Origin: Squalus acanthias
Lineage: Eukaryota
DNA length: 64,000 nucleotides
Direction: 5' to 3'
NCBI GenBank assembly: GCA_030390025.1
Contig: CM059438.1
Coordinates: 69,442,001-69,506,000 of the forward strand
Position 1 is the stretch's first letter; each line of letters starts with the position of its first letter. This document shows positions 1-10,267 of this stretch, in pieces. Below the pieces are notes generated by a model, which was not told the DNA's origin, ran no database searches, and saw nothing but the letters and a program-made list of their open reading frames with translations. The translations under genes were made by a program, and so were the position numbers.

Positions 1-301
1 AAACCGAGGCCCTATGTGCCCTCTCAGGTGAATGTAAAAGATTTTGTGGCACTTTTCGAAGAAGAGCAGGGGAGTTCTCCCGGTGTCCTGGCCAACATTT
101 ATCCCTCAACCAACATCGCTAATGCAGATTATCTGGTCATTATCTCATTGCTGTTTATGGACCTTGCTGTGTGCAAATTGGCTGCTGCATTTCCTACATT
201 ACAATAGTGACTACACTTCAGAGAGTATTTCATTAGCTGTAAAATGCTTTGGGGCATCCTGAGGTAGTGAAAGGCGCTTTATAAATACAAGTTCTTTCTT
301 T
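1..301 (+). mobile_element. Deu-domain (SacSINE1-like) SINE, 3' part
   Basis: GAAGAAGAGCAGGGGAGTTCTCCC...ATTTATCCCTCAACC core and GGCGCT..ATAAATACAAGT-(TCTT)n tail; same sequence recurs at ~14.8, 23.7, 48.3 and 50.3 kb. Confidence 0.75.
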
Positions 302-1015
302 AACTGACGCGCAAGGAAATGACAGCATCTAACATCACTGGAGCTTGAACCTTTGCAGTTATGCTATTCTTAGGAACACCAGTAATTACTAATCTGGGTT
401 GCTAAAGCAAGTATTCTGCTGCATCAGGGTTTCTCTGGACCCTATGTAGAAAGTAAGCAGTGCGCAGCATTTGTACCTTGGGCTATTTAATTTAATTGAA
501 AACAGCACCTTAATAGGCTGTTGATGTGTGCAAGAGTTGATATGCAATTAGTGTTGATTTCTTTGTCAATCCTGCACCTGATTTCATCCAATCGTCCGTC
601 TGGTGCACATTAATTATTTAGAAGGCTGTGTTGTTTTGCAAAAAGAAACAAAACAGTGCTCATCGACATTCAAATGTACAAAATGTCCTCCAGTTGCAGA
701 GCTTTTACAGTAAGATTTTTTTTTAATGACTACTAGTCAAAAGCTGGGATTTTAGCAGGTTAAAGGGGGGCTTACATCAGTGTGATCTAATGAAGTGGCA
801 GCTTGGTGATGCTGGCTGCTGAAGGAACTGAACCGGCATAACCAATGATCCCCCGCAAGAGAGCAACTCAGAATAAGTGGTTCGATGACGGTTTGTTGAA
901 TACCAGTGCTGTTTTGGGACAAATCGAGGATGGTCCGAGCTAATATTTGGTTGTTTGAAAGTTGTTCCTGGTCATTTTCATATTTCTCTCCCCAAACAAA
1001 TTAAATAAATTGCCA

Positions 1016-1270
1016 AAATAACAACAGAAAACGCTGGAAAAACTCAGCAGGCCAGGCAGCATCCGTGGAGAGAGAAACAGAGTTAACGTTTCAGGTCGAA
1101 GACCTTTCGTCAGAACTGGAAAAAAGCAGGAAAATCTGTTCTGACGAAAGGTCTTCGACCTGAAACGTTAACTCTGTTTCTCTCTCCACGGATGCTGCCT
1201 GGCCTGCTGAGTTTTTCCAGCGTTTTCTGTTGTTATTTCGGATTTCCAGCATCTGCAGTATTTTGCTATC
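1016..1270 (+). mobile_element. Penelope-like element remnant (inverted + direct pseudo-LTR) with hammerhead motif
   Basis: Perfect 101-bp inverted repeat (1016-1116/1138-1238); 14-bp TSD TAAATAAATTGCCA at 1002-1015 and 1271-1284; CTGACGA...GAAAC motif. Confidence 0.75.
1138..1172 (+). ncRNA. Minimal type I hammerhead ribozyme motif (mirror copy on - strand in left arm)
   Basis: GTT-CTGACGA-A-AGGTC(TTC)GACCT-GAAA-CGTT-AAC: conserved core, 5-bp stem II, palindromic AACGTT, short stem I. Confidence 0.6.
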
Positions 1271-3049
1271 TAAATAAATTGCCAGTGTGGCGTAATGGAT
1301 ATAACAAAGGAGTGGCAGGATTCTCATTTTTTTTTCACTATTGAATAACTCAAAGGCTAAGGTCCAAAATGCTGGACATAACAACAGTTGAAAAGATTAA
1401 AAATAAGGATTTCAATTTAGTGTATTGGAGGGCGGAAAGCCAATGTAGGGGGGGGGGGGGGGTGCTAGTTTAGCGAGACTTTGTCTGGGCCGAGTAAGGG
1501 GAGGATGTAGCAGAGGCAACTGCACAAATGCTCTAGTTCTTGGCAACAAATAAATCCGTGAACTCTTTGCCCTTGGTGTTTGGGGTGAGACTGGAAGGAG
1601 CAAGGCAGATGGGCTTGAGGAGGTGACTGAACATAGGAAAAATGAGCCTGAAGTTATCCTTGCCTTCCAGACTCGAGGGAGTAAAAGTGAGGCCTGCACA
1701 AGGGGATGTTAAAGGGGATATTTCTATACAAAGGGGAACAAACTGGATGGGCTCGTTGGGCTACGTGGCTGTTCCCATTCCTAAAAATTCTCATGATTTC
1801 CCCGAATTTTCTTAATTGTCCTTGTCCTGAATCGGTTCAGTTGAGTCCCGAACATTCCAAAATATACAACAAAATATTTAGGTTTAACCTAAATGAGAAG
1901 TGCCCCATCCATGTGCACAGACCCACCTTCTACGTGTATTTGAATGAAGCACTTCAGGTACAATCAGCTGGTGAAACATCAGCTGTCATTGTGTATCCCT
2001 GACAGAAGGGCACTTAGAGCTGGGATTTCTGACTGGTTCTATTTGCAGTATTCTGTCATTTCAATTGTTGGGAAATATTTCAAAGCATTTTTAACTTTTG
2101 AGGTGCGGGGATATTTACATAGATAGGCTCTGAGCATTGTAATATATTTTAGAAATAAATTCAAGAGGACAGCTTCCATGTCAAAATTCCCAGTGGGCCA
2201 TTAGAATCCACATCGAGAGCAGCTCACTCATAAATATCAAAGCTAACCATTTGCTTTTTGCTGTTAATTGCTGAAACATTTATTATTGATACTGTTATCA
2301 CAGAAAAGTTTTTTTTCCATTGTAAAAATTAGTGGTAGAGATGACATTTAAGAAAATACACCTTGTTTTCACACAACCACTCATGAGAGGCATCTTATTT
2401 GACATAATAAGAATGATCAAATTGGCCTCCATGATTGCAGTAATCCTCGTGAAACTGGCAACAAACCATTTAATCACTTTATTGCCATATTTGGATAAGT
2501 TCCCCTCTTTTTATGTTTTTCAGTCCCTTTTTTTCCCCATCCGCCTGGCCTAACTCCTGCAGCCTGCTCCCAAGAAGATGGACTCAACCTGCTCCCAGGA
2601 CATGTGTTAGAATGGGACTTTTCTGTCTTCTTTCTAAAAATTAGGAGGGAGACGCCATTTAACAAGGTTTATATGACCTCTCATGAGAGGCAAATATAGA
2701 ATCACAGAAGGAGGCCATTTTGGCTCATTGTGTCTGTGAGTATCCTTTATATGGTTTGAAACCTTGTTGGCTATTCAAAATACAGTTTTCTGAAATATGA
2801 CTCGGGCAATGAGGGCAACATCAGCTCTTAGTGCAGTGGTTGTATTGGTGAGGTGGATAAAGGCCTAGAGGCTGTAGGCCGAGAGATAAATGAAATGGGA
2901 ACAACAGAGACTATGGAGTGACTTTCTTGCTGGTTTCTTTTCCAATAGTCTCTGTGTCAGTCTCCCATACTCCAGCCGATATAAACTCCAACCCTTCCAA
3001 ACCTTTGCTGCCCACATTCTGTTCCACACTAAATGAAGCTTGCCCAAAG

Positions 3050-3344
3050 TCTGTTTGCGATCTACCCCAATTCTGGAACGTCCTCCAGCCCTGTATCCCA
3101 AGCAATCTCTTCTGCCTTCTGACTCTAGCCTCCTGTACATCCTTCTCTCCCTCCACCTTCAGCTGTCTCAGCTCTTATCTCAGGAACTACCTCCTGTAAC
3201 CCCTCTGTTTCTCCCCATCTCCAAAAGCTATCTCTTCAACCATGCTTTCAGCCATCATCCCTAACTGCTACTTCAGTTTCTTCCCTGTGGAGAGTCTTGG
3301 GACTTTTATTACCTTAAAGGCACTAAATGCAAGTTGATGTTGTT
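3050..3344 (+). mobile_element. Degraded L2-clade LINE 3' end
   Basis: Tail ...AAAGGCACTAAATGCAAGTTGATGTTGTT resembles the L2 3' ends at 23794-24124 and 55060-55652. Confidence 0.5.
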
Positions 3345-3498
3345 ACTGTGCTTATTTCTGCTGTAACAATGCTCTGTGCACTTATGTTAACCTCCCATGA
3401 CCTAGCGTTCCTGCTAATGATACTGTACTTTGTATCTGTTCTTAATGATGAAGTTGAGGACCGTTGCTTCTGTGTAAAGAATGCCCACTTTGATATTG

Positions 3499-3748
3499 AG
3501 AGGTCGCACAACACCAGGTTATAGTCCAACAGTTTTATTTGAAATCACAAGCTTTCGGAGCTATCGATTGCCCCTTCCTCAGGTGAAGTAAATAGATAAA
3601 GTAAATCTATTTACTTCACCTGAGGAAGGGGCAATCGATAGCTCCGAAAGCTTGTGATTTCAAATAAAACTGTTGGACTATAACCTGGTGTTGTGCGACC
3701 TCTCAATTTTGTCCACCCCAGTCCAACACCGGCATCTCCGCATCATGA
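3499..3748 (+). mobile_element. Second Penelope-like remnant (different family) with hammerhead motif
   Basis: Perfect 103-bp inverted repeat (3495-3597/3605-3707) with 7-bp spacer; 14-bp TSD CCACTTTGATATTG at 3485-3498 and 3749-3762. Confidence 0.75.
3616..3657 (+). ncRNA. Minimal type I hammerhead ribozyme motif (mirror copy on - strand)
   Basis: TCAC-CTGAGGA-A-GGGGC(AATCGATA)GCTCC-GAAA-GCTT-GTGA: stem I TCAC/GTGA, stem II, palindromic AAGCTT. Confidence 0.62.
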
Positions 3749-4026
3749 CCACTTTGATATTGCCAGAGAGCATGTGTTGTCATTAGAGATACAACATCAG
3801 GGAAAGGCCATTGCAATATGCAATTTAATTCCGCCCCAATTTGTAAAATAAATTTTTTTTGGAGTTCAACGTCACGGTATGGACAACACAGATGCTGTAA
3901 AACCAAATTAAAGCAGATACTTTTCCCTGTCAACAGTGCTTTGAAGTATTTGTTGGGACTGCCTTTCAATTTCTCACATTACCCATCAGGAATAACAACT
4001 GTGCATTGCTGTTTACTTGAAATGAT

Positions 4027-4776
4027 GGGGGCGATTTTGCCAGCCCTGGGGAGGCGGGTTTGGAGACAGGACTGCCGGGAAAATGGCAGAATCTGGGGGC
4101 GGGTACCCATCCTGCTCCCAACCCGCCTCCGTGCCATCTTCCCAGGAGGCGGGTACCTGACCCGCGCCGAGTCCCGATTCCTCGAGGCGGGGAGGGGATT
4201 AGTGCCAATTAACTGCCCGTTAAAAGGCAGTTTTTTTGGCTAATCCCCATTTTGAGCCCTGAAGTGTGGGCTTCTCGCCAGGGTCAGTGAGGCGGGCCGT
4301 CGGTCTGCGGGGGTCGGAGGGGCCGAGATGTCCGGTGTGCAGGTGAGTGATGGGTGCATGTGTGCAGAGGTAAGTGTGTAAAGTGTTTTAAAAGCTTTAC
4401 TTATCTTTACTTCTTCCTGCAGGCTTCCTCCCTTCAGGTCTCGGGAGTCCCTCAGCTCACTGGCACAGAAAGCAGAATGGCCGCTGAACTGTCAAAAGCT
4501 GCAGCCTTCTGCTTTCTGCTCAGGAAGGTTTTCTAATTTAGTCTTGAGTAAAGACTCAACTTAGAAGACAGATTGTCAGTGTTTGACAGCTTCACAGAGC
4601 TGTCAAACAATGACATTTCATCTGTCAAAAACTCTTGACCGATGAAACATCACACGCTGACGTCACCTGTAACCGGCTTTCCCTTAATTAGCCTGCTAAG
4701 CCCACTGGAGGCGGGACTAAAACCCGACAAGTGGGAGTCCCGCCTCCAAAAGCTCCCCATTGACATAATCCAGCCC
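4027..4776. mobile_element. Non-autonomous PIF/Harbinger-type element (family A)
   Basis: Imperfect TIR GGGGGCGATTTTG / GGGCTGGATTATG; 3-bp TSD GAT; left ~200 bp alignable with 5219-5420. Confidence 0.6.
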
Positions 4777-5218
4777 GATTTCTCTGTTCACCTGATTTTA
4801 ATCCTTATTTGCCAGTTGCCAGACACTGAAGAAGAAAAGACATTGGACCCTGCAGCATTAATCCCAGGTGGTTTCAGCTCTCTTGACATCCATATTCCTC
4901 CACTCAGTTGAAGGGTTATTGCCATTCTTGAAAAACAATTGACAAATCATTTTTATTGGTTGAATACTTAGTGACATAGCCTGTGACAATTGTTTGTGAA
5001 ATACAGATGTTCAGGTCCTTCTTTATTAGCAAAGATGGTCCTCTTTTCAAACTGAATTTTTTTTTTAGGACTTTATAAATAGCAAAGGATTTCAATTAAT
5101 TAAAAACTTCAAGTAATTCATTTATATTTACACATTCCACCCTTAACTTTTAGAGAAGCTGGGCAAAGAAACAAAAATTATATTTGGTGCAAGATCCTTC
5201 TGGACTGATGGACTCTTA

Positions 5219-5604
5219 GGGGCCAATTTTGCCGGCGCTCAGGGGTCAGGTTTGGAGGCGGGACTGCTGGCAAAATCATAATTGGCAGCGGGTCCCGAAC
5301 CTGCTTCCAACCCGCCTCCAATCAATCTTCCCGGGAGTCGGGACCCCGATTTGCGCAGGGACCCGACTCCTAGCAGCGGGAAGAGGATTATAGCCCCTTA
5401 ACTGATTGTTAACAGGTAGTTAACAGGCAGTTAAGAGGCTTTTTCCAATTTTGACACTTCTACTGCGGGCTTCCCGACGTCGGGCTTAACAAGGCCAATT
5501 GACTCAATATAGCGTCTGTGCGTCGGTCGTCGCTGGGGGCGGGACTAGAACCCGAAAGGCAGCAGTCCCGCCCCCAACCCACCTCTTCAGGTAAGATCCC
5601 GGCC
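5219..5604. mobile_element. Shorter Harbinger-type MITE (family A)
   Basis: TTA TSD (5216-5218, 5605-5607); degenerate GG....RATYTT termini; homologous to the 4027 element. Confidence 0.6.
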
Positions 5605-5861
5605 TTATTGTTAGACACATCACAATGTGCACTCTTCACTATTGTACACTGCAGTCTGTAGAAGCTGGTCTACTCATGTTTAATCAATTATTTTTTGTAA
5701 AAATAAATTTCTCAAAAGCCTTGAAGATTTTGAAAAAAACTTACTCTAAGCCTTCTGGGTATTTTGCTATTTCAGTGGTTTATATCAAGGGCTGTATTGT
5801 ACATTCCATTAGATTTTAGTGCAGGTGCCCCCAGCATAGTCTGTGCTGACCAACTGGCTTT

Positions 5862-6605
5862 ACATAAGAACATAGGAACATGAGTAGGCCATTCAGCCCC
5901 TCGAGCCTGTTCCGCCATTCAATGAGATCATGGCTGATCTGCGATCTAACTCCATATACACGCCTTTGGCCCATATCCTTTAATACCTTTGGTTAACAAA
6001 AAGCTATCAATCTCAGATTTAAAATTAACAATTGATCTAGCATCAATTGCCATTTGTGGAAGAGAGTTCCAAACTTCTATCACCCTTTGTGTGTAGAAAT
6101 GTTTCCTAATTTCACTCCTGAAAGGTCTGGTTCTAATTTTTAGACTGTGCCCCCTAGTCCTAGAATCCCCAACCAGCGGAAATAGTTTTTTCTTAGAATC
6201 CCCAACCAGCGGAAATAGTTTTTCTCTATCTACCCTATCTGTTCCCCTTAATATCCTGAAAACTTCGATCAGATCACCCCTTAACCTTCTAAATTCTAGG
6301 GAATACAACCCTAATTTGTGTAATCTCTCCATGTAACGTAACCCTTGAAGTCCACGTATCATTCTGGTAAACCTATGCTGTACTCCCTGCTGCACAAGGC
6401 CAATATATCCTTCCTAAGGTGTGGTGCCCAGACTGCTCACAGTACTCCAGGTGTGGTATAACCAGGGTTTTGTATAGCTGCAGGTTAACTTCGACCCCCT
6501 TGTATTCTAGTCCTATAGATATAAAGGCCAGCATTCTATTAGCCTTTTTGATTATTTTCTGTACCTGTTAATAACATTTTAATAATCTATGTACCGGGAC
6601 ACCAA
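5862..6605 (-). mobile_element. CR1 LINE 3' segment, split by Harbinger insertion
   Basis: ORF2 C-terminus LGLYSLEFRRLRGDLIE...WNSLP; TTCTTATGT-type tail; 33-bp internal duplication at 6161-6225. Confidence 0.9.
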
Positions 6606-6777
6606 GGGGTAAAAATTCAGTTGGTTGCGCCTCCCGTTAGCGCCTTAAATGGGCGCTAATGGGGCGTTAAGGCGCTAACGCCCGGGCGCAGCGCTGTTTG
6701 CGCCGCTCGAGAACTTAACTTGAGATTGTGCGGCGGCGCTAAAACTTACCGCTGCGACCACCTGCGCGCGCAGATTG

Positions 6778-6927
6778 TGACGTCATTCCGTGGTGCAACG
6801 CCCTTGGGGCGCCCCGGAGCGGAAATTGAGTGGCGCCCCCTGCCTTACCGCCTGGCGCTTCCAACGACCGGAAGACTGGAACGTTATCAATCGGTGTGGG
6901 GCTGGGGGGGGCGCTATTTAAAGGGGG
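6778..6927 (+). promoter_or_regulatory. Putative transposase promoter (CRE palindrome + TATA-like)
   Basis: TGACGTCA at 6778-6785 and CTATTTAAAG at ~6914; both kept in the diverged derivative at 16729-17614. Confidence 0.45.
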
Positions 6928-7119
6928 CCTCTTCCTGTCTTTTTCTGTGGTCGACATTTATGCACCACTCGTTCTGAGAGAGAGAGAGAGATTCGGAGAG
7001 AGAGAGAGAGAGAGACTTCTACATTGACTCAACGCTTTGTGAGGTAGTTTGGCCTAGTTCATCCTAACTTTGCTGCTACTTTCGTTGCTGTACCTCATTA
7101 CTTTTCTGGCAAAGAGAAT

Positions 7120-8280
7120 ATGGGGGCTGCAATGATTGGGGGCGTCGTCCTGCTCCAGCTCAATCGGAGGAGAGTGAGACGCAGACAGAGAGTGGCAATG
7201 ATGGCCAGACGGAGGAGGCCCATCAGGCGCATGTACAGGAGAGCTTACCCTCCCAGGGTATATCGTGAACAGCTCTCCTACATCCACATGTCCGAGGAGC
7301 TGTGTTTGCGAAGGCTGCGATTCAGCAAGGAGGTGGTCACTGAGCTCTGCCACCTGCTGCAGCCAGATGTGCAGCCTCAGCTGAGGTCCAGGACGTCTCT
7401 GTCGGTGGCAGTGAAGGTCACAGTGGCTTTGAACTTCTACGCCACTGGCTCATTCCAAGCTGCTGTTGGGGACCTCGCCAATATCTCCCAGTTTGCGGTG
7501 CATCGCTGCATCCGGCAGGTCACCAATGCCCTCTTCACAAGGAGACGAGACTTCATCTCCTTCCCTATGACCCCAGACAAGCAGCATGACCGTGCTATGG
7601 GCTTTGCGAGGGTAGCGGGCTTCCCCATGGTGCAGGGCGCCATTGACTGCACGCATGTGGCTTTGCGTGCTCCGCGAGAGAATGCAGAGGAGTTCCGGAA
7701 CAGAAAGGGGTTCCATTCCTTGAATGTGCAGTTGGTCTGTGACCACAGACAGGTGATTCTCGCTGTCAATGCCCACTATCCGGGCAGCTGCCACGATGCT
7801 TTCATCCTGCGCCAGAGTACTGTGGCAGAAATTTTCGAGGCACCGCATCAGCCAGTTGGTTGGCTTCTGGGGGACAAGGGGTACGCATTGAGCACCTGGC
7901 TGATGACACCGCTCCGTGCGCCAAACACCCCTGCTGAGCTGCGGTACCAGGAAAGCCAACAAGCAACGAGGAACATTATTGAGCGCACAATCGGCGTGCT
8001 CAAACAACGATTCCGCTGTCTGGACCATTCCGGAGGAGCCCTGCAGTACTCGCCTGAGCAAGTTTCCAAATTCGTAGTGGTGTGCTGCATGTTGCACAAC
8101 ATGGCAATCCTCAGGACGCAGCCAATGCCACCAGGCCTTGCAGCACCACAAGAGGAGGAGGAGGAAGAGGAGGAACAGGCCGAGGACGATGATCAGCAGC
8201 AGCACCAAGGCAGGAGGGCGGCCCACAATGGTCAAACTGCAAGGGCCGTCCGTCAACGACTAATAGCAAGCCGCTTCTAG
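7120..8280 (+). CDS. Harbinger/HARBI1-family DDE transposase, 386 aa, uninterrupted
   Basis: GAIDCTH (D), RKGFHSLNVQLVCD, YPGSCHDA, LLGDKGY (D), RNIIERTIGVLKQRFRCL (E), CCMLHN; acidic tail. Confidence 0.95.
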   Translation: MGAAMIGGVVLLQLNRRRVRRRQRVAMMARRRRPIRRMYRRAYPPRVYREQLSYIHMSEELCLRRLRFSKEVVTELCHLLQPDVQPQLRSRTSLSVAVKVTVALNFYATGSFQAAVGDLANISQFAVHRCIRQVTNALFTRRRDFISFPMTPDKQHDRAMGFARVAGFPMVQGAIDCTHVALRAPRENAEEFRNRKGFHSLNVQLVCDHRQVILAVNAHYPGSCHDAFILRQSTVAEIFEAPHQPVGWLLGDKGYALSTWLMTPLRAPNTPAELRYQESQQATRNIIERTIGVLKQRFRCLDHSGGALQYSPEQVSKFVVVCCMLHNMAILRTQPMPPGLAAPQEEEEEEEEQAEDDDQQQHQGRRAAHNGQTARAVRQRLIASRF

Positions 8281-8574
8281 GGCCCCTGCCAGTGCTACAA
8301 ACACGAATCAACCCAGCACGCAACCCCTAAGCCGGCCAAGGCACCAATAATTCCAACCACCAGCCATGTATATTTTGAATACAGAAACTTATTTATTGTA
8401 CAAACTCTGTGTGTGTCAATTCCTCATGACAAACTCATAGAAATAAACACAAAAAAACAGTCAATAACATAACTGGTTCTCACAACCTGGAGATAATGTC
8501 CAAAACACTAAACAAAAGTTGGGCCATGAACCTCGGCCTTTAATAAAAAAATGACCAGCATTTTGGCACACCTC

Positions 8575-9553
8575 CTACTTTTTGCCCTTCGAGGGTGATC
8601 TCCTTCCCTTGCGCACTTCCCCCCTTCTAACCCTACTGCTCCTCCGTAATGGGACCTCAGTGGCTGCAGCAAGGCTGGTGGAAGGCTGCTGCTTGTCAGA
8701 CCCTGACACTGCAGATGCCCCTGAAGGACGGCCTCGACCACTTCTGGGCCTGGAGGGCCCGGCTGCAGACTGCACCAACTCTGCATGGGCGGCAGCAGTC
8801 TGTCCTACAGGCGGTGGCAAGTGCAGTGGAGAAGTGACAGTGTTGGCAGCAGGAATGCTATCATCGTGAGAGAGGACAGCAACTCCCTGCTCGCCCGACA
8901 CACTGGCACTCCCACGGGGCAGCACTTCAGCATCCGGAGCAATTTGCCTGAGAACAGATTGCTGGCCTGCTGCGGCGCGGTGACAGCCCCGGGGACATGT
9001 GCACGAACCATCGAGGATGGCAGCAGTCAGTGCTCGCGTGGCCTCAATCTGAGTCTGCATGAGAGCAGGCTCAGATGGGTTCCTGGCAGCCAGTGACTGA
9101 ATTGCAGCAGTAAGCTTTAGTGTGGCATCCGCCTGTGCTACAGCGAAGTGCTCCACACTCCTTGCCAGTGCCTCAATGCATTCGGGCACCCTTCCCACTG
9201 CACCCATGAGCTCAGTGTGCATGACCACCGCCTGGCTGTTCATTTCTGCAATCAGCCGCTCCTCCTCTGCGTCCATTGCATTAGGAGTGTCTGGCATACT
9301 CTCCCTCTGGGGAGAAGGCTCCCGTTCTTCCCTCCCCCCACCATGGCGTTGCTGCAGCCCGCTGGGTCCTGGAACTTCACCATCATCAGCCCTTCCCTAC
9401 TGCTCCCCTCCGGGGAAGGCGTGTTCCCAGTGTGGCCATGGGCTTCCTCGGAAGAGGGTGGCACTGATGCTCCGGCTTCCTCTTCCTCCTCAGCTGCAGC
9501 ATCACTCCCAGTGGCAGCTTCAGGGACCATCTCCTCAGCTGGTGAATCACCAT
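8575..9553 (-). CDS. Harbinger Myb/SANT-like protein, exon 3 (apparent 1-bp frameshift near 9390)
   Basis: Acceptor ...CCCTGCTTTCAG; phase matches exon 2; ORF 9252-9530 overlaps ORF 8575-9297 in another frame; basic C-terminus. Confidence 0.75.
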
Positions 9554-9712
9554 CTGAAAGCAGGGAGGTACAAGAGTGGCTTTAGCGTGAGGACAGGGTG
9601 GCAGTAAGGGAGGAATAAGTGCAGCGAGTTAGCAAGTTGGATTGAAAGTGTCAAAGGCTGGTATTGTGAGGGACAAGTGGAAGGACAGAGGACAAAAAGG
9701 TGATGACCTTAC

Positions 9713-9875
9713 CATTGCTGTCCACAACGGGGTCGGCGTCTCCAGTGGCGACGGGACCGATCACCCGGCTTGCCACAATCCTGTGGACGCGCTCCTCCAG
9801 ATCGCTGAGGGGTTGCAGCTGAAGCCGCCCTCCACCCGTCCGTTGCTGCTGTCTCCGATTATGAGCCAGCTTAGC
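9713..9875 (-). CDS. Harbinger Myb/SANT-like protein, exon 2
   Basis: Acceptor TTTTTCTTGCAG, AKLAHNRRQQQRTGGG...LSDLEERV, donor G|GTAAGG; 163 nt, phase 0 to 1. Confidence 0.85.
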
Positions 9876-9904
9876 CTGCAAGAAAAAGGACAGCATCTGA
9901 GTCA

Positions 9905-10127
9905 ATATACAGCCATGGTCTTGCCTGATGTGCCTCCCATAGGTGAATAGCCCTTACAATATGCAGCCATGGTCTTGCCTGATGTGCCTCCCATAGGTGA
10001 ATAGCCCTTAGAATATGCAGCCATGGTCTTGCCTGATGTGCCTCCCATAGGTGAATAGCCCTTACTGTATGCAGCCATGGTCTTGCCTGATGTGCCTCCC
10101 ATAGGTGAATAGCCCTTACTGTATGCA
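9905..10127. repeat. 54-bp minisatellite, ~4 copies, in Myb intron 1
   Basis: CAGCCATGG recurs at 9910, 9964, 10018, 10072. Confidence 0.95.
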
Positions 10128-10267
10128 AAGTGTGGAATGTGTGTGTGTGTTTGATGAAAGGGCCATAGGTGTTGCATGAGTGTTGTGCATTGGGGTTTTA
10201 AGACCCTCTGGCCATAGAGTGAGGTTGAGATGGAGGGATGGAGAGGTATTGAGAAAAAGCCACTCAC

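Noticed and set aside
770..995. Stop-free - strand frame of ~75 codons ending at a GTAAGC donor-like site
   Set aside because: No good acceptor or start codon and no recognisable homology
7450..8256. 268-aa antisense ORF
   Set aside because: Shadow of the GC-rich transposase frame; no recognisable motif
7120..8280. Domesticated host HARBI1 gene
   Set aside because: Sits between TIRs with a TSD and a Myb partner inside a CR1, so it is a transposon copy
9925..9957. Hammerhead-like CTGATGT-GCCT(CCCAT)AGGT-GAAT in each 54-bp repeat unit
   Set aside because: Two invariant core positions deviate (CUGAUGU, GAAU) and there are no convincing stems I/III
9905..10127. Possible CRISPR-like array
   Set aside because: Units are contiguous with no unique spacers; eukaryotic minisatellite
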